From Escherichia coli (lineage in GTDB: Bacteria; Pseudomonadota; Gammaproteobacteria; Enterobacterales; Enterobacteriaceae), in the NCBI RefSeq assembly GCF_003991155.1, contig NZ_CP031293.1: a stretch of 64,000 nt of DNA. One strand, given 5' to 3'. How positions within the stretch are numbered: position 1 is the stretch's first letter; every line of letters begins with the position of its first letter. The notes beneath the pieces are model-generated. The model was given only the letters and a program-made list of their open reading frames with translations. It was not told where the DNA came from and ran no database searches. Positions 42,815-55,272 of this stretch are shown one piece after another. A program made the translations under genes and the position numbers.

Positions 42815-44603
42815 AGACTGTCTCATAATCTTTGTCGAACAGGTTGGCTATTTTACCACGAACTGTCAGGTGAGAGGTGACCGGATACGCAACCGCAAGA
42901 TCCCACAAGCTCACACCGCCCATTTTAACGGTTTGATAAGGATAAGATGAGTAATCCTTATCATAGCGAGTGCCTAAATACTGATAAGTAATACCCCAGT
43001 CGAAGTCATACAATTGCCAGTCGAGCTGGTATTTCACCTGCTGTTTAGCACGGCGTAACAACGGCACGTCGGTAATCGCATTACGCGCATCGACATAATC
43101 ATAACTCACAGTATGCGTCAGTGGTCCGGTATCAAAATTGGCGGTCGCCTCGACGCCCTTAATCCGCGCTTTCCCTTCGTTGTAATATTTCAGGGTGTGA
43201 TCATCATAATCGATCAAATCACTGACATCGTTACGATATCCGGAAATACGCCAGTTCACCCCAGCGGTTAAGCCTTCAAACGCGCCTTCCCACTGTTTGC
43301 TTTTCTCAGGATTCAGATTCGGATTTCCGTAGAAACCATACAGTTGTCCAAGATTAGGTGCCTTGTACGACGTGCCATAAGAAGCGATAAAACGATAGCC
43401 TTCGATGAATTCCCAACCGGCACTCGTTTGCCAGGTTCCATGACGACCAAACTGTGAGTTATCGTCGCTGCGGGCTGCGCCTTCAAACGTAAAATCGCCG
43501 ACTTGTTGCAATCCGGTCAGATAGATACCAGTGTTACGTTGATCATACCCATCCTCAACATAACCAGTACCCGGCGTCGTAGTCTGTTTCTGCCAGTCAA
43601 CGCCCGCACCAATATTACCGTGGCCAACGGTAACGTTATTTGCCCACTGGACGGTGTACTGCTTCATCTCATCCAGCGTCGCGGACGAATCATAACGACC
43701 ATAATGGGGATCGTAGTTGTAATCTTTGCTATGGCTATAGCTGGTAATGAGTTGTGATTTAATCAGTTCACCGTTATAGCGCAGCCCGGCGTCCCAACTT
43801 TGGCTATAGAGTTTACGGGTATCGAGCAACGGTGAGCCGGGAGAATAATACGCGTCATAATTGGTACGGTTATCATAGCCATAGCCGCGCACAAAGCCGC
43901 TCCAGGCATCAGTAAAGTTATGCTCCAGCGCGCCATAAAGCGTTTTACTTAAAAAACCATCGTTATCTGTCTGCGCTTGCGTTCCGGTATTCCCATAGGC
44001 AACAACATCATAACCATGAGTATGGGCATAATCGCCCAACAGCGTTACCCGTGTCTTATCCCCCAGTTGTTGCTGCGTGGAGACATCATAGTTCTGATAA
44101 CTATTGCTTCCCCACCCTGCTGAAATTTCCGTTCCGGGTTCATCGCGCGTCGTGATGATATTCACCACCCCGCCTATTGCATCGGAACCATAAACAGCGG
44201 AGCGCGGTCCACGGATATATTCAATACGCTGGACAAGCGCAATAGGGAACTGGCTAAGGTCGGCAGAACCACTCACTCCCGCCAGATTCAGGCGGACGCC
44301 ATCAATTAACACCAACACATGACTGGCATTTGTACCGCGAATAAAAATAGATGAGAGCTGACCTGAACCGCCGTTTTGGGTGATATCGACGCCCGGAAGA
44401 CGGCGCAGCACATCATTGACCGAGGTCGACTGCCAGCGGTCGATATCCTGACGCGTCACAACGGTGGTTGGTGCAAGCACAGTGCTGCGCGGCTGTTCAA
44501 AACGGTTAGCGGTAACGACGAGAGTATCCGGGCTGGTATCCTGTGCCCAAGCAGAAAAGGCTGTGACAGAACACGCCGTCAGCAGCGAAGCTTTTTTAAT
44601 CAT
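42759..44603 (-). CDS. btuB: TonB-dependent vitamin B12 outer-membrane transporter
   Basis: Start set at [35 protein letters not shown] (614 aa) within the track ORF; TonB box DTLVVTA; C-terminal ...TLSGSYTF; 3' end overlaps the murI start. Confidence 0.97.
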   Translation of the reverse strand: MIKKASLLTACSVTAFSAWAQDTSPDTLVVTANRFEQPRSTVLAPTTVVTRQDIDRWQSTSVNDVLRRLPGVDITQNGGSGQLSSIFIRGTNASHVLVLIDGVRLNLAGVSGSADLSQFPIALVQRIEYIRGPRSAVYGSDAIGGVVNIITTRDEPGTEISAGWGSNSYQNYDVSTQQQLGDKTRVTLLGDYAHTHGYDVVAYGNTGTQAQTDNDGFLSKTLYGALEHNFTDAWSGFVRGYGYDNRTNYDAYYSPGSPLLDTRKLYSQSWDAGLRYNGELIKSQLITSYSHSKDYNYDPHYGRYDSSATLDEMKQYTVQWANNVTVGHGNIGAGVDWQKQTTTPGTGYVEDGYDQRNTGIYLTGLQQVGDFTFEGAARSDDNSQFGRHGTWQTSAGWEFIEGYRFIASYGTSYKAPNLGQLYGFYGNPNLNPEKSKQWEGAFEGLTAGVNWRISGYRNDVSDLIDYDDHTLKYYNEGKARIKGVEATANFDTGPLTHTVSYDYVDARNAITDVPLLRRAKQQVKYQLDWQLYDFDWGITYQYLGTRYDKDYSSYPYQTVKMGGVSLWDLAVAYPVTSHLTVRGKIANLFDKDYETVYGYQTAGREYTLSGSYTF

Positions 44604-44845
44604 TGTAAAGCATCCACAATAGAAGAAGGATGCCGCAGGTTTCATCAATATTACGCGATGATGAGAACCAGATGCGACGTTAGCCGGCAGGTCTTCGGGC
44701 TTGGAGGGGTATCTAAGATACTAAGAGATGATGACTTCCCACCGGATGGCAGTGTCCGCATAACGCAATCATCGCACCTTTCCTTACCGCTGCGCGTCAG
44801 CTCCAGATTCGCACTGGATTCCCTATTAACTCACAGGACCGGCAA
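44604..44845 (-). promoter_or_regulatory. Cobalamin (AdoCbl) riboswitch in the btuB leader
   Basis: About 240-nt leader upstream of the btuB ATG containing the conserved B12-box-like core (GCCACUG region) on the minus strand. Confidence 0.8.
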
Positions 44846-44971
44846 GTGGATGCTACAGGTTGTAACAAGTTACTGTCCAGACGTAGCTCACAAATAGGAA
44901 TTCATCAAGATCTGGACATCTGATGAGCAATCCCTACAATCGCCGCGTACTTTAATTTTTCAGGATACATC

Positions 44972-46072
44972 ATGACCCCCGAACACCTTCCAACAGAACA
45001 GTATGAAGCGCAGTTAGCCGAAAAAGTGGTACGTTTGCAAAGTATGATGGCACCGTTTTCTGACCTGGTTCCGGAAGTGTTTCGCTCGCCGGTCAGTCAT
45101 TACCGGATGCGTGCGGAGTTCCGCATCTGGCACGATGGCGATGACCTGTATCACATCATTTTCGATCAACAAACCAAAAGCCGCATCCGCGTGGATAGCT
45201 TCCCCGCCGCCAGTGAACTTATCAACCAGTTGATGACGGCGATGATTGCGGGTGTGCGTAATAATCCCGTTCTGCGCCACAAGTTGTTCCAGATTGATTA
45301 CCTCACCACGCTGAGTAATCAGGCGGTGGTTTCCCTGCTGTACCATAAGAAGCTGGATGATGAGTGGCGTCAGGAAGCGGAAGCCCTGCGCGATGCACTG
45401 CGAGCGCAGAATCTGAATGTGCATCTGATTGGTCGGGCAACGAAAACCAAAATCGAGCTGGATCAAGATTACATCGATGAACGTCTGCCGGTCGCAGGGA
45501 AAGAGATGATCTACCGTCAGGTAGAAAACAGCTTTACCCAGCCGAACGCGGCGATGAATATTCAGATGCTGGAATGGGCGCTGGACGTAACCAAAGGCTC
45601 AAAAGGCGATTTACTGGAGCTGTACTGCGGCAACGGTAACTTTTCATTAGCACTGGCGCGCAATTTTGATCGGGTATTAGCCACCGAAATCGCTAAGCCG
45701 TCGGTCGCTGCCGCGCAATACAACATTGCCGCTAACCATATTGATAACGTACAAATTATTCGTATGGCGGCAGAAGAATTTACTCAGGCGATGAATGGCG
45801 TACGCGAGTTTAACCGCCTGCAAGGGATCGATTTAAAGAGTTATCAGTGCGAAACCATTTTTGTCGACCCACCACGCAGCGGTCTGGACGGTGAAACCGA
45901 GAAAATGGTGCAGGCGTATCCACGTATTCTGTATATCTCCTGCAATCCGGAAACGTTATGCAAGAATCTGGAAACATTAAGTCAGACGCACAAGGTCGAA
46001 CGTCTGGCTCTGTTTGATCAGTTCCCCTACACGCACCATATGGAGTGCGGCGTATTACTGACCGCGAAGTAA
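44972..46072 (+). CDS. trmA: tRNA (uracil54-C5)-methyltransferase
   Basis: 366-aa [32 protein letters not shown]. Confidence 0.96.
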   Translation: MTPEHLPTEQYEAQLAEKVVRLQSMMAPFSDLVPEVFRSPVSHYRMRAEFRIWHDGDDLYHIIFDQQTKSRIRVDSFPAASELINQLMTAMIAGVRNNPVLRHKLFQIDYLTTLSNQAVVSLLYHKKLDDEWRQEAEALRDALRAQNLNVHLIGRATKTKIELDQDYIDERLPVAGKEMIYRQVENSFTQPNAAMNIQMLEWALDVTKGSKGDLLELYCGNGNFSLALARNFDRVLATEIAKPSVAAAQYNIAANHIDNVQIIRMAAEEFTQAMNGVREFNRLQGIDLKSYQCETIFVDPPRSGLDGETEKMVQAYPRILYISCNPETLCKNLETLSQTHKVERLALFDQFPYTHHMECGVLLTAK

Positions 46073-46111
46073 AACCCATGCCGGATGCATCAGCATCCGG
46101 CATGATACCGA

Positions 46112-46471
46112 TTACTCAGCAACTTCCTGCTTACGGTTACGCATCTTCGCGCCAATCCAGAACACCATAATGACGGACAGTACTGCCGGGAAGAAGTTAG
46201 AGCCGATATCCGGATATTCCGCACGAACTACCGTGCTGTACAGCAGTACGCCGAGAATAAAACAGGCAGCTGCCAGACCCGGCAAGCCTACCGGCATAGT
46301 GCGATTAAGATAACGTTGATGCAGGCAGTAAACCGTCAGCACCAGGGAAATAATCGGGAATACAGAAAATGGCACAATGGAGCTAAACAGCGCTGCGAAA
46401 GTACCATTAATCGATAAGCCAGCAACTAACGCCAGCAGCAGCGTACCTCTATCTTGATTTGCTTGTTTCAT
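46112..46471 (-). CDS. yijD: DUF1422 inner-membrane protein YijD
   Basis: 119-aa hydrophobic ORF directly downstream of fabR. Confidence 0.9.
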
Positions 46472-47118
46472 TACTCGTCCTTCACATTTCCCGGAATAAT
46501 TGCGGTTTTCTCTTGTTCACGGCGATACCAGTAATAAGCCCCTTTCGAAATCATTCGCAGTTGCAGTACCAGTCGCTCTTCTAATTGCCGACGTTGTTCG
46601 ACGCCGACGTCCAACGCCTCAGCACCCGCACTGAAGACAATTGTCACCATTGCTTCGGCTTGCGCTTCAGTAAACGCACGCGGCATATGGTTTTCGAGTT
46701 CCAGATAGTCCGCAAGTTCCGCAATGAAGTGCTGAATTTCACGCGCAACGGCGGCACGAAACGCAGCGGAGGTACCGGAGCGTTCCCGCAATAATAACCG
46801 GAAGGCGTTAGGATTATTACCGATGAACTCCATAAATGTGGAGACCGAGGTGCGGATCACACTCCCGCCTTTGGCGATACGCTGACGCGCCTGGCGCATG
46901 AGTTGGCGTAGCATTAAACCGCTCTCATCAACCATGGTCAGACCCAGTTCGTCTACGTCGCGGAAATGCCGATAAAAAGAGGTGGGAGCAATGCCCGCTT
47001 CACGCGCCACTTCACGCAAACTCAGGCTGGCGAAGCTGCGTTCAGCACTTAATTGGCTAAATGCGGCTTCCACCAGCGAACGGCGGGTTTTTTCTTTTTG
47101 TTGCGCTCTTACGCCCAT
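46471..47118 (-). CDS. fabR: TetR-family repressor of unsaturated fatty acid biosynthesis FabR
   Basis: Track ORF of 247 aa; start set at [20 protein letters not shown] (215 aa); start could be further upstream at MFILWYS. Confidence 0.9.
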
Positions 47119-47452
47119 CACGATGTCTGAATCCTTGCCAAAAGTACTGCTGGCACTATACCAGAGAATGAACATACTGGATTGCTCCAGTGTTGTGAAT
47201 GAACGGTAACGCAATAAAACATATTTACTGCAATTCTTTGGCCGGTTCTTTTACGTACAACGGAAACCTGCCGCTTAAACGGAGAGTATCGTCGATAAAA
47301 ATCCAATAAAACGTTCAGGTCAAAAGTAAGAAACAGACAAAGCAAAGGCCGCTCACGCTATAGCCAGATAAATGACGGGGATCAATTGGCTTACCCGCGA
47401 TAAAATGTTACCATTCTGTTGCTTTTATGTATAAGAACAGGTAAGCCCTACC

Positions 47453-48853
47453 ATGCCACATTCCTACGATTACGATGCCATAGTAATAGGTTCCGGCCCC
47501 GGCGGCGAAGGCGCTGCAATGGGCCTGGTTAAGCAAGGTGCGCGCGTCGCAGTTATCGAGCGTTATCAAAATGTTGGCGGCGGTTGCACCCACTGGGGCA
47601 CCATCCCGTCGAAAGCTCTCCGTCACGCCGTCAGCCGCATTATAGAATTTAATCAAAACCCACTATACAGCGACCATTCCCGACTGCTCCGCTCTTCTTT
47701 TGCCGATATCCTTAACCATGCCGATAACGTGATTAACCAACAAACGCGCATGCGTCAGGGATTTTACGAACGTAATCACTGTGAAATATTGCAGGGGAAC
47801 GCTCGCTTTGTTGACGAGCATACGTTGGCGCTGGATTGCCCGGACGGCAGCGTTGAAACACTAACCGCTGAAAAATTTGTTATTGCCTGCGGCTCTCGTC
47901 CATATCATCCAACAGATGTTGATTTCACCCATCCACGCATTTACGACAGCGACTCAATTCTTAGCATGCACCACGAACCGCGCCATGTACTTATCTATGG
48001 TGCTGGAGTGATCGGCTGTGAATATGCGTCGATCTTCCGCGGTATGGATGTAAAAGTGGATCTGATCAACACCCGCGATCGGCTGTTGGCGTTTCTCGAT
48101 CAAGAGATGTCAGATTCTCTCTCCTATCACTTCTGGAACAGTGGCGTAGTGATTCGTCACAACGAAGAGTACGAGAAGATCGAAGGCTGTGACGACGGTG
48201 TGATCATGCATCTGAAGTCGGGTAAAAAACTGAAAGCTGACTGCCTGCTCTATGCCAACGGTCGCACCGGTAATACTGATTCGCTGGCGTTACAGAACAT
48301 TGGGCTGGAAACTGACAGTCGCGGACAGCTGAAGGTCAACAGCATGTATCAGACCGCACAGCCGCACGTTTACGCGGTGGGCGACGTGATTGGTTATCCG
48401 AGCCTGGCGTCGGCAGCCTATGACCAGGGGCGCATTGCCGCGCAGGCGCTGGTGAAAGGTGAAGCCAACGCACATCTGATTGAAGATATCCCTACCGGCA
48501 TTTACACCATCCCGGAAATCAGCTCTGTGGGCAAAACCGAACAGCAGCTAACCGCGATGAAAGTGCCATATGAAGTGGGCCGCGCCCAGTTTAAACATCT
48601 GGCACGTGCACAAATCGTCGGCATGAACGTGGGCACGCTGAAAATTTTGTTCCATCGGGAAACAAAAGAGATTCTGGGTATTCACTGCTTTGGCGAGCGC
48701 GCTGCCGAAATTATTCATATCGGTCAGGCGATTATGGAACAGAAAGGTGGCGGCAATACTATTGAGTACTTCGTCAACACCACCTTTAACTACCCGACGA
48801 TGGCGGAAGCCTATCGGGTAGCTGCGCTAAATGGCTTAAACCGCCTGTTTTAA
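47453..48853 (+). CDS. sthA: Soluble pyridine nucleotide transhydrogenase
   Basis: 466-aa [32 protein letters not shown] with an FAD/NAD Rossmann motif. Confidence 0.97.
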   Translation: MPHSYDYDAIVIGSGPGGEGAAMGLVKQGARVAVIERYQNVGGGCTHWGTIPSKALRHAVSRIIEFNQNPLYSDHSRLLRSSFADILNHADNVINQQTRMRQGFYERNHCEILQGNARFVDEHTLALDCPDGSVETLTAEKFVIACGSRPYHPTDVDFTHPRIYDSDSILSMHHEPRHVLIYGAGVIGCEYASIFRGMDVKVDLINTRDRLLAFLDQEMSDSLSYHFWNSGVVIRHNEEYEKIEGCDDGVIMHLKSGKKLKADCLLYANGRTGNTDSLALQNIGLETDSRGQLKVNSMYQTAQPHVYAVGDVIGYPSLASAAYDQGRIAAQALVKGEANAHLIEDIPTGIYTIPEISSVGKTEQQLTAMKVPYEVGRAQFKHLARAQIVGMNVGTLKILFHRETKEILGIHCFGERAAEIIHIGQAIMEQKGGGNTIEYFVNTTFNYPTMAEAYRVAALNGLNRLF

Positions 48854-49753
48854 CACTTTATCGAAATGGCCATCCATTCTTGCGCGGATGGCCTCTGCCA
48901 GCTGCTCATAGCGGCTGCGCAGCGGTGAGCCAGGACGATAAACCAGGCCAATAGTGCGGCGAGGTTCCGGCTTAATACACGGCAAATAAACAACCCCATC
49001 GCGTTTGCGCTCCGGCGGCACAGCCAGCGCAGGCAGTAAAGTGATTCCGCTACCTGCCGCCACCATGTTGCGCAGCGTCTCCAGGCTGGTCGCGCGGAAG
49101 TGTGTATCTTCATCCGCCCCGGCTTCAAAACAGAACCCCATTGCCTGATCGCGCAAACAGTGACCATCTTCCAGCATCAGCAGTTTTTCTCCTGCCAGAT
49201 CGGCCATCGGTACGCATTCGCGGTTCGCCCACGGGTGATCTTCATAGATAGCCAGCAACATTGGCTCATCAAACAACGGCACTTCAATGAATGCTTCGCT
49301 CTCTTTCACCAGCGCGAGGATCACGCAATCGAGCTTGCCGCTGTCCAGTTGCGCCAGTAACTGGTGGGTCTGTGCTTCATGCAGATACATTTCCAGCTTT
49401 GGAAAGGTCTGGTGCAGCATCGGGATAATATGCGGTAGCAGGTACGGTCCAACCGTGGGAATCAAACCAATATGCAGCGGTCCGGACATCGTCTCGCCCT
49501 GCTGGCTTGCCATCTCTTTAAGGACTTTCACCTCACGCAGCACGGTACGCGCCTGATCCACCAGCAGCATTCCCGCCTGGGTGAATAACACTTTACGGCT
49601 GGTCCGCTCCAGCAACATCACGCCCAGCTCATCTTCCAGCTTACGAATTTGCCCGCTAAGCGTCGGCTGGCTAACGTGGCAGGAGTCTGCCGCACGCCGA
49701 AAATGGCGGTGTTCAGCCAATGCCACCAGGTACTCAAGATCACGAATATTCAT
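48836..49753 (-). CDS. oxyR: LysR-family oxidative-stress regulator OxyR
   Basis: Start set at [44 protein letters not shown] (305 aa); convergent 18-bp overlap with sthA. Confidence 0.97.
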   Translation of the reverse strand: MNIRDLEYLVALAEHRHFRRAADSCHVSQPTLSGQIRKLEDELGVMLLERTSRKVLFTQAGMLLVDQARTVLREVKVLKEMASQQGETMSGPLHIGLIPTVGPYLLPHIIPMLHQTFPKLEMYLHEAQTHQLLAQLDSGKLDCVILALVKESEAFIEVPLFDEPMLLAIYEDHPWANRECVPMADLAGEKLLMLEDGHCLRDQAMGFCFEAGADEDTHFRATSLETLRNMVAAGSGITLLPALAVPPERKRDGVVYLPCIKPEPRRTIGLVYRPGSPLRSRYEQLAEAIRARMDGHFDKVLKQAV

Positions 49754-49848
49754 TATCCATCCTCCATTGCCACGATAGTTCGCGGCGATAGGTAGCATAG
49801 CAACGAACGATTATCCCTATCAAGCATTCTGACTGATAATTGCTCACA

Positions 49849-49958
49849 GAAACGGAGCGGCACCTCTTTTAACCCTTGAAGTCACTGCCCGTTTCGAGAG
49901 TTTCTCAACTCGAATAACTAAAGCCAACGTGAACTTTTGCGGATCTCCAGGATCCGCT
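49849..49958 (+). ncRNA. oxyS: OxyS small regulatory RNA
   Basis: GAAACGGAGCGGCACCUCUUUUAACCCUUGAAGUCACUGCCCGUUUCGAGAGUUUCUCAACUCGAAUAACUAAAGCCAACGUGAACUUUUGCGGAUCUCCAGGAUCCGC plus a U-run; divergent from oxyR. Confidence 0.93.
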
Positions 49959-50004
49959 TTTTTTTATTCTACAGGCCCACAGCAAGAGAGCCTGATAGTA
50001 ACAG

Positions 50005-51288
50005 TTACTCAATCCGATCTTTGACAATAAAGAAGTAACACAGCGCCCCGGTGAACGTCACACAGGCCGCGATAACCAGCGCCAGATTAAACGAGTGCGT
50101 GGTATCCACTACCCAACCGGTTACGATCGGAGCAAAGGAAGCAAAAACAAAACTGCCAAAGTTTTGAATCCCGGCGATGGAAGCCACTTTTGTTTCTGAC
50201 ACCATCACCTGCACCAGTCCCCATGCAGATGTTCCCGCGAAATGCACGCAGAACAGCGCCATTGAGATAAACGCTACAGCCTGGGCTGGCGAGGAGGATT
50301 GCACGACCAGCAACGTGCCTAATGCCGACATCATCAAACCGCAGACAATAGCCGTTTTACGCGTCTTCGCCAGGTCGTAGCCTTTTTTCGCCAGCCGATC
50401 GACAACAATACCGTTAACCCACATCCCGACCGCCGCCGCGAGGAAAGGAATCGCCGCCACCCAACCGGTTTTCGCCAGACTGAAGCCTTGCTCGGCTTGT
50501 AAATAACCGGGTAACCACGCGATGTAGAGCCAACCGGTATAATTGACGCCAGAGAAACCTAAAATCATCCCCCAGGTTGTCCGATGCTTAAACAGCGCCA
50601 GCCACTCGCTAAATTGTAATTGTGGACGCGGTTTAACCGGCGCGGAGAGATAGGTCCGTTCTTCGTCGGTCAGGACAAACTGCGCCCGGTTGCGATACCA
50701 CGCGTACCAACAGATCCCAACCAGAATCCCCGCCACGCCGATGATGACGAACATTGCCCGCCAGCCCCATGCCAGCTGCATCAATACAAGAGCAGGAGGC
50801 GCAATAGCCTGACCGATAACGGTAGATGAGTTAAAAATCCCCAGCGCCGTGCCGCGTTCTTTTTGCGCATACCAGTCGGTGATCGACTTTACTCCCGCAG
50901 GCATAAATGGCGCTTCGCCAATACCCAGACCGATACGCATTAAAATAAAGTGGCTAAAAGAATTAACCATTCCTGTTAATGCCTGCATTAATGACCAGAA
51001 TATTAAGCCTGCGCCTAAAACTATTCGTGGGCCAAAGCGGTCTAGCAAAATACCGGAAGGGAGTTGTGAAAAACCATAAGACAGAGAAAATGCAGAAAGC
51101 AAAACGCCAAATTCTGTCGCCGATAATCCTAACTCGCCACGAATCGCTTCGCCTGCCACGCTCAATGACGAACGGTCGAGGAAATTAACGATCCCCGCCA
51201 TAAATAATAAAACCAGCGTTACTGTCTGAATACGACGAATCCGTTGCGGTTTATTACCCGCAACACTGGTTGACACATCAACGTCCAT
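50005..51288 (-). CDS. MFS transporter, anion:cation symporter type (sugar-acid permease-like)
   Basis: 427-aa hydrophobic ORF; N-terminal LFMAGIVNFLDRSSLSVAGEAI and 12-TM organisation typical of hexuronate/glucarate/galactonate permeases; no K-12 gene at this position. Confidence 0.8.
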   Translation of the reverse strand: MDVDVSTSVAGNKPQRIRRIQTVTLVLLFMAGIVNFLDRSSLSVAGEAIRGELGLSATEFGVLLSAFSLSYGFSQLPSGILLDRFGPRIVLGAGLIFWSLMQALTGMVNSFSHFILMRIGLGIGEAPFMPAGVKSITDWYAQKERGTALGIFNSSTVIGQAIAPPALVLMQLAWGWRAMFVIIGVAGILVGICWYAWYRNRAQFVLTDEERTYLSAPVKPRPQLQFSEWLALFKHRTTWGMILGFSGVNYTGWLYIAWLPGYLQAEQGFSLAKTGWVAAIPFLAAAVGMWVNGIVVDRLAKKGYDLAKTRKTAIVCGLMMSALGTLLVVQSSSPAQAVAFISMALFCVHFAGTSAWGLVQVMVSETKVASIAGIQNFGSFVFASFAPIVTGWVVDTTHSFNLALVIAACVTFTGALCYFFIVKDRIE

Positions 51289-51354
51289 TTTTAGCTCCTT
51301 GAGCGGAATTAATCGATTTGATGACTATTCAGAAAATAATTAAGCGAACTGTTA

Positions 51355-52569
51355 TTACCAGTTCCACAATGTGCCATCTTCCAGTCGTGCGACGGGGAGA
51401 TACGCCGGGTCATACGGATATTTCGCCGCCAGTTTCTCATCGAAAGAAATACCCAGCCCCGGTTCATCGCCTGGGTGCATATAACCTTCATCGAAGCGCC
51501 AGCTATGCGGGAAGACTTCAAGCATTTGTTCGGAATAGCCCATGTACTCCTGAACGCCAAAGTTTGGCACCCAGAGGTCAAAATGCAGCGCCGCCGCATG
51601 ACAAACAGGCGATAAATCTGAAGGACCATGCGAACCGGTACGTACCTGATAAAGCGATGCAAAATCGGCAATCCGTCGCATCCCGGTAATGCCGCCTGCA
51701 TGGGTAATCGTCGTGCGAATATAGTCAATCAGCTGCTCTTCGATTAACTGCTTGCAGTCCCAGATACTGTTAAACACTTCACCGACCGCAATCGGCGTCA
51801 CAGTATGCTGGCGAATCAGACGAAAACATTCCTGGTTCTCAGCAGGCGTCGGATCTTCCATCCAGAACAGGCGGTAATCCTCAATGCTCTTCCCAAAGCG
51901 CGCCGCTTCGATAGGAGTCAGGCGATGGTGCATGTCATGCAACAGATGTTCGTTAAAACCGAACTTATTACGCACCGCTTCAAATAACTTCGGTGTAAAA
52001 TCGAGATACTTTTCTGAAGACCACAACTGCTCTTCCGGCCACAGGCCTTTGGTTGCCGGTTCATACGCCAGTCCTTTGCCCTTCGCCAGGCCATAAGTGG
52101 TTTGCATACCCGGTACACCGCACTGCACACGAATCGCCTTAAAGCCCATCTGCTGGTGCTTTGCATAGTCTTCAAGGACTTCATCAATCGTGCGCCCGGT
52201 GGTGTGGCAATAAACCATCACGCCTTCACGAGAAGCACCACCAAGCAGTTGATACAATGGCATATTTGCCGCTTTGGCTTTGATATCCCACAACGCCATA
52301 TCAATGGCAGAAATGGCCGACATCGTGACGGGGCCACGTCGCCAGTAAGCACCTTTATAAAAGAATTGCCAGATATCTTCGATACGGCTGGCATCGCGGC
52401 CAATTAATTGTGGACAAAGATGATCTTTCAGATAAGAAGCGACCGACAATTCGCGACCATTTAATGTGGCATCTCCCAATCCACAAAGTCCGCTTGCAGT
52501 GGTTATTTTAAGCGTAACGAAATTACGTCCTGGGCAAGTAACAAAAACATCTGCAGCAATAATTTTCAT
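51355..52569 (-). CDS. Enolase-superfamily dehydratase, RspA/D-mannonate dehydratase (ManD) subgroup-like
   Basis: Start set at [24 protein letters not shown] (404 aa) after an AGGAGATTGCAATA RBS within the 424-aa track ORF; strongly RspA-like along its length. Confidence 0.85.
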   Translation of the reverse strand: MKIIAADVFVTCPGRNFVTLKITTASGLCGLGDATLNGRELSVASYLKDHLCPQLIGRDASRIEDIWQFFYKGAYWRRGPVTMSAISAIDMALWDIKAKAANMPLYQLLGGASREGVMVYCHTTGRTIDEVLEDYAKHQQMGFKAIRVQCGVPGMQTTYGLAKGKGLAYEPATKGLWPEEQLWSSEKYLDFTPKLFEAVRNKFGFNEHLLHDMHHRLTPIEAARFGKSIEDYRLFWMEDPTPAENQECFRLIRQHTVTPIAVGEVFNSIWDCKQLIEEQLIDYIRTTITHAGGITGMRRIADFASLYQVRTGSHGPSDLSPVCHAAALHFDLWVPNFGVQEYMGYSEQMLEVFPHSWRFDEGYMHPGDEPGLGISFDEKLAAKYPYDPAYLPVARLEDGTLWNW

Positions 52570-53054
52570 TATTGCAATCTCCTGTGTTGTAAATAGACGC
52601 TTCAAACTTAATTTTACGCCTACTACCATACAAGAGAGAAAGAGCGATTATTCAACCGTGATCACATTAAAAATAAAAATTTCCGCCGAGGAGAAAAAAC
52701 ACCCTCAAAAACCACCTGAATAATTAACCATCATCTTTAAAACAACACGTTAAATAATCACATAACAAACTCCATTAATCATTAAAAATGAGCACAGCAA
52801 TAGAAATTAATTATATTCAATTAATTAAAATATGTATTGATTGATGTATTGAAAATATGATTTTCATGGGGAGAGTGAAGGTAAAGAAGATGCAAGAATA
52901 AAAAGGAATATGACAAATAATAGTTCTGGTTGGGCGTTAAATTTAAGGTCACCAGAATGCTGACAAATTTCTGCCTGAGGCAGTCCGCCTACGTAGTGTC
53001 GCTACTTTATAGGCGTGGTAAGCTCCCCATTTTCAGGGGAGCAATATAAACCAA

Positions 53055-54428
53055 TTACTCTAACCGAGCCTGCGCAAAAGCAATCGCCTGCGCCACCTGC
53101 TGCGGTGAGACGCCGCCTTTTGCCGCACGCTTGTCGAGGCACGATTGTAGCGACAGAATCGGATAGACATCTTCGCCAATCACCTGGCTGAATTTCTGCA
53201 ACTCACTGAGCGGCAGATCTTCCAGCGGTTTGCCCTGACGAATGGCTTCCACCACCGCTTCACCCACAATATGGTGCGCCTCGCGGAACGGTACGCCTTT
53301 CGCCACCAGGTAATCCGCCAGTTCAGTGGCGTTGGCGTAACCCTGCTGAGCCGCTTCCTGGCAACGCGGACGTTTCACCTGAATGCCATCCAGCACCAGC
53401 GCCGCCATATGCAGGCAGTCCAGCCAGGTATCGAGCGCGTCGAACAGACCTTCTTTGTCTTCCTGCATATCTTTGTTGTAAGCCAGCGGCAAACCTTTCA
53501 GCGTCATCATCATGCCGGTTAACGCACCCTGCACCCGGCCGCATTTACCGCGAATCAGCTCCAGCGCATCCGGGTTTTTCTTCTGCGGCATTAATGATGA
53601 ACCGGAAGTCACACGGTCAGAAAGCTCCACAAACCCCGCTTCGCCGGTGTTAAAGAAAATCAGATCTTCAGCAAAACGCGACAGATGCACCATGCCGATA
53701 GCGGCAGCAGAAAGCAGTTCCAGCACGTGGTCACGGTCAGAAACGCTGTCGAGACTGTTACGGGTCGCTGAAGCAAAGCCCAGCCAGCCAGCTAACTGTT
53801 CACGGTCGATTTCATAAGCCGTTCCCGCCAGCGCGCCACAGCCTAACGGACTGACATCCAGACGCTTAAGCGCATCCTGCAAGCGGCTTTCATCACGCGC
53901 CAGCATCTCCACGTAAGCCAGGCACCAGTGCGCGAACGTCACCGGTTGAGCACGTTGCAGGTGGGTGTAACCTGGCATTACCGCGTCCTGATTGTTCTGC
54001 GCGGTCTCGACCAGAGCGGATTGTAACTGCCGGTTAGCCGTCAGCAACTCGCTAACGGTATCTTTGCACCACAGTTTCAGGTCAGTCGCTACCTGATCAT
54101 TACGGCTACGCCCGGTATGCAGCTTTTTGCCTAACTGACCCACTTTGTCGATCAGTTTGCTTTCCACCCAGCTATGGATATCTTCGGCGTCGCTTTCAAG
54201 GATTTGTTGTGGCCTGGCGCGAACATCTTCCAGCAGCACGTTCAGCGCCTCTTCCAGTTGCGCCTGCTCTTCTGCGGTTAACACGCCGACCGTTACCAGG
54301 GCTTTGGACCAGGCCACAGAGCCAACAATATCCTGCTCCGCCAGACGGTAATCAAAGCGCAGTGAGTCGTTGAATTGTTTGAACCGTTGATCTGCTGCCT
54401 GGGTAAAACGCCCGCCCCAAAGTGCCAT
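53055..54428 (-). CDS. argH: Argininosuccinate lyase
   Basis: 457-aa [40 protein letters not shown]. Confidence 0.98.
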   Translation of the reverse strand: MALWGGRFTQAADQRFKQFNDSLRFDYRLAEQDIVGSVAWSKALVTVGVLTAEEQAQLEEALNVLLEDVRARPQQILESDAEDIHSWVESKLIDKVGQLGKKLHTGRSRNDQVATDLKLWCKDTVSELLTANRQLQSALVETAQNNQDAVMPGYTHLQRAQPVTFAHWCLAYVEMLARDESRLQDALKRLDVSPLGCGALAGTAYEIDREQLAGWLGFASATRNSLDSVSDRDHVLELLSAAAIGMVHLSRFAEDLIFFNTGEAGFVELSDRVTSGSSLMPQKKNPDALELIRGKCGRVQGALTGMMMTLKGLPLAYNKDMQEDKEGLFDALDTWLDCLHMAALVLDGIQVKRPRCQEAAQQGYANATELADYLVAKGVPFREAHHIVGEAVVEAIRQGKPLEDLPLSELQKFSQVIGEDVYPILSLQSCLDKRAAKGGVSPQQVAQAIAFAQARLE

Positions 54429-54488
54429 AACTCTGTTTCCTTATTTTGAAATTCAATGCCGGAAAGCTGCGCCTCCGGCTAACAAAAC

Positions 54489-55265
54489 TTAAGCTAAAAT
54501 CCGCGTACCCATCGGCATACCGTTAAACAGTGCCGGAAGCTGTTCCGCATGACGCCAGGAGGCGATATCTACCGGACGGCCCAGCGTGCGCGCAGCATCC
54601 AGCGCCGCGTTCACTTTCACTATCATGCCGTCAGTAATAATGCCCTGCTCAATCAGTTGTTCTGCTTTCGCGGCGGTCATTTCGGCAATGCGTTGCCCTT
54701 TGCCGTCGAGAATGCCACTGACGTCGGAGAGCAAAATCAGATCCGCGCCCAGCGTTGCCGCCAGCGCCGTTGCCGCCTGATCGGCATTGACGTTCATCAG
54801 TTGCCCTTCGTCTGTTACGCCAATGGAGCTGACCACCGGCAGATAACCGTTCTCCAGCAAGGAGTTGATAAGCTTAGGCGAACCTGGCTGCGCCAGTCCA
54901 ACATGGCCTAACTCTTCATCAAGCTGGGTCACTTTGACGCTGTCGCCGTCACCGAGAAACAAACCTACGGCCGCAATCTGATGTTTCTTCGCCCATGCCA
55001 GCAGGGTTTTATTTGCCGTTCCCGCCAGTGCTCCGGTGATAATGTTTATCTGATCCGCTGGCGTCACCCGCAGGCCGTTTTTCTTTTTCACCGGCAGATT
55101 CAGCCCTTTCATCAGCTCATCCACCACGCAACCGCCGCCGTGCACAATCACCAGCGGACGCTGATGTGACACACGATAATTCACCAGTGCACTAAACAGA
55201 CGTTCCAGCGCCTCTTCACTATCCAGCAGTACGCCGCCCAGTTTGATAATTAATGGATTCATCAT
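54489..55265 (-). CDS. argB: Acetylglutamate kinase
   Basis: Start set at [26 protein letters not shown] (258 aa) within the track ORF. Confidence 0.97.
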   Translation of the reverse strand: MMNPLIIKLGGVLLDSEEALERLFSALVNYRVSHQRPLVIVHGGGCVVDELMKGLNLPVKKKNGLRVTPADQINIITGALAGTANKTLLAWAKKHQIAAVGLFLGDGDSVKVTQLDEELGHVGLAQPGSPKLINSLLENGYLPVVSSIGVTDEGQLMNVNADQAATALAATLGADLILLSDVSGILDGKGQRIAEMTAAKAEQLIEQGIITDGMIVKVNAALDAARTLGRPVDIASWRHAEQLPALFNGMPMGTRILA

Positions 55266-55272
55266 TGCACCC

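Noticed and set aside
52466-52723. 85-aa ORF overlapping the dehydratase start and AT-rich upstream region
   Set aside because: It overlaps the well-supported dehydratase N-terminus on the opposite strand and continues into low-complexity AT-rich sequence; no RBS; likely spurious.
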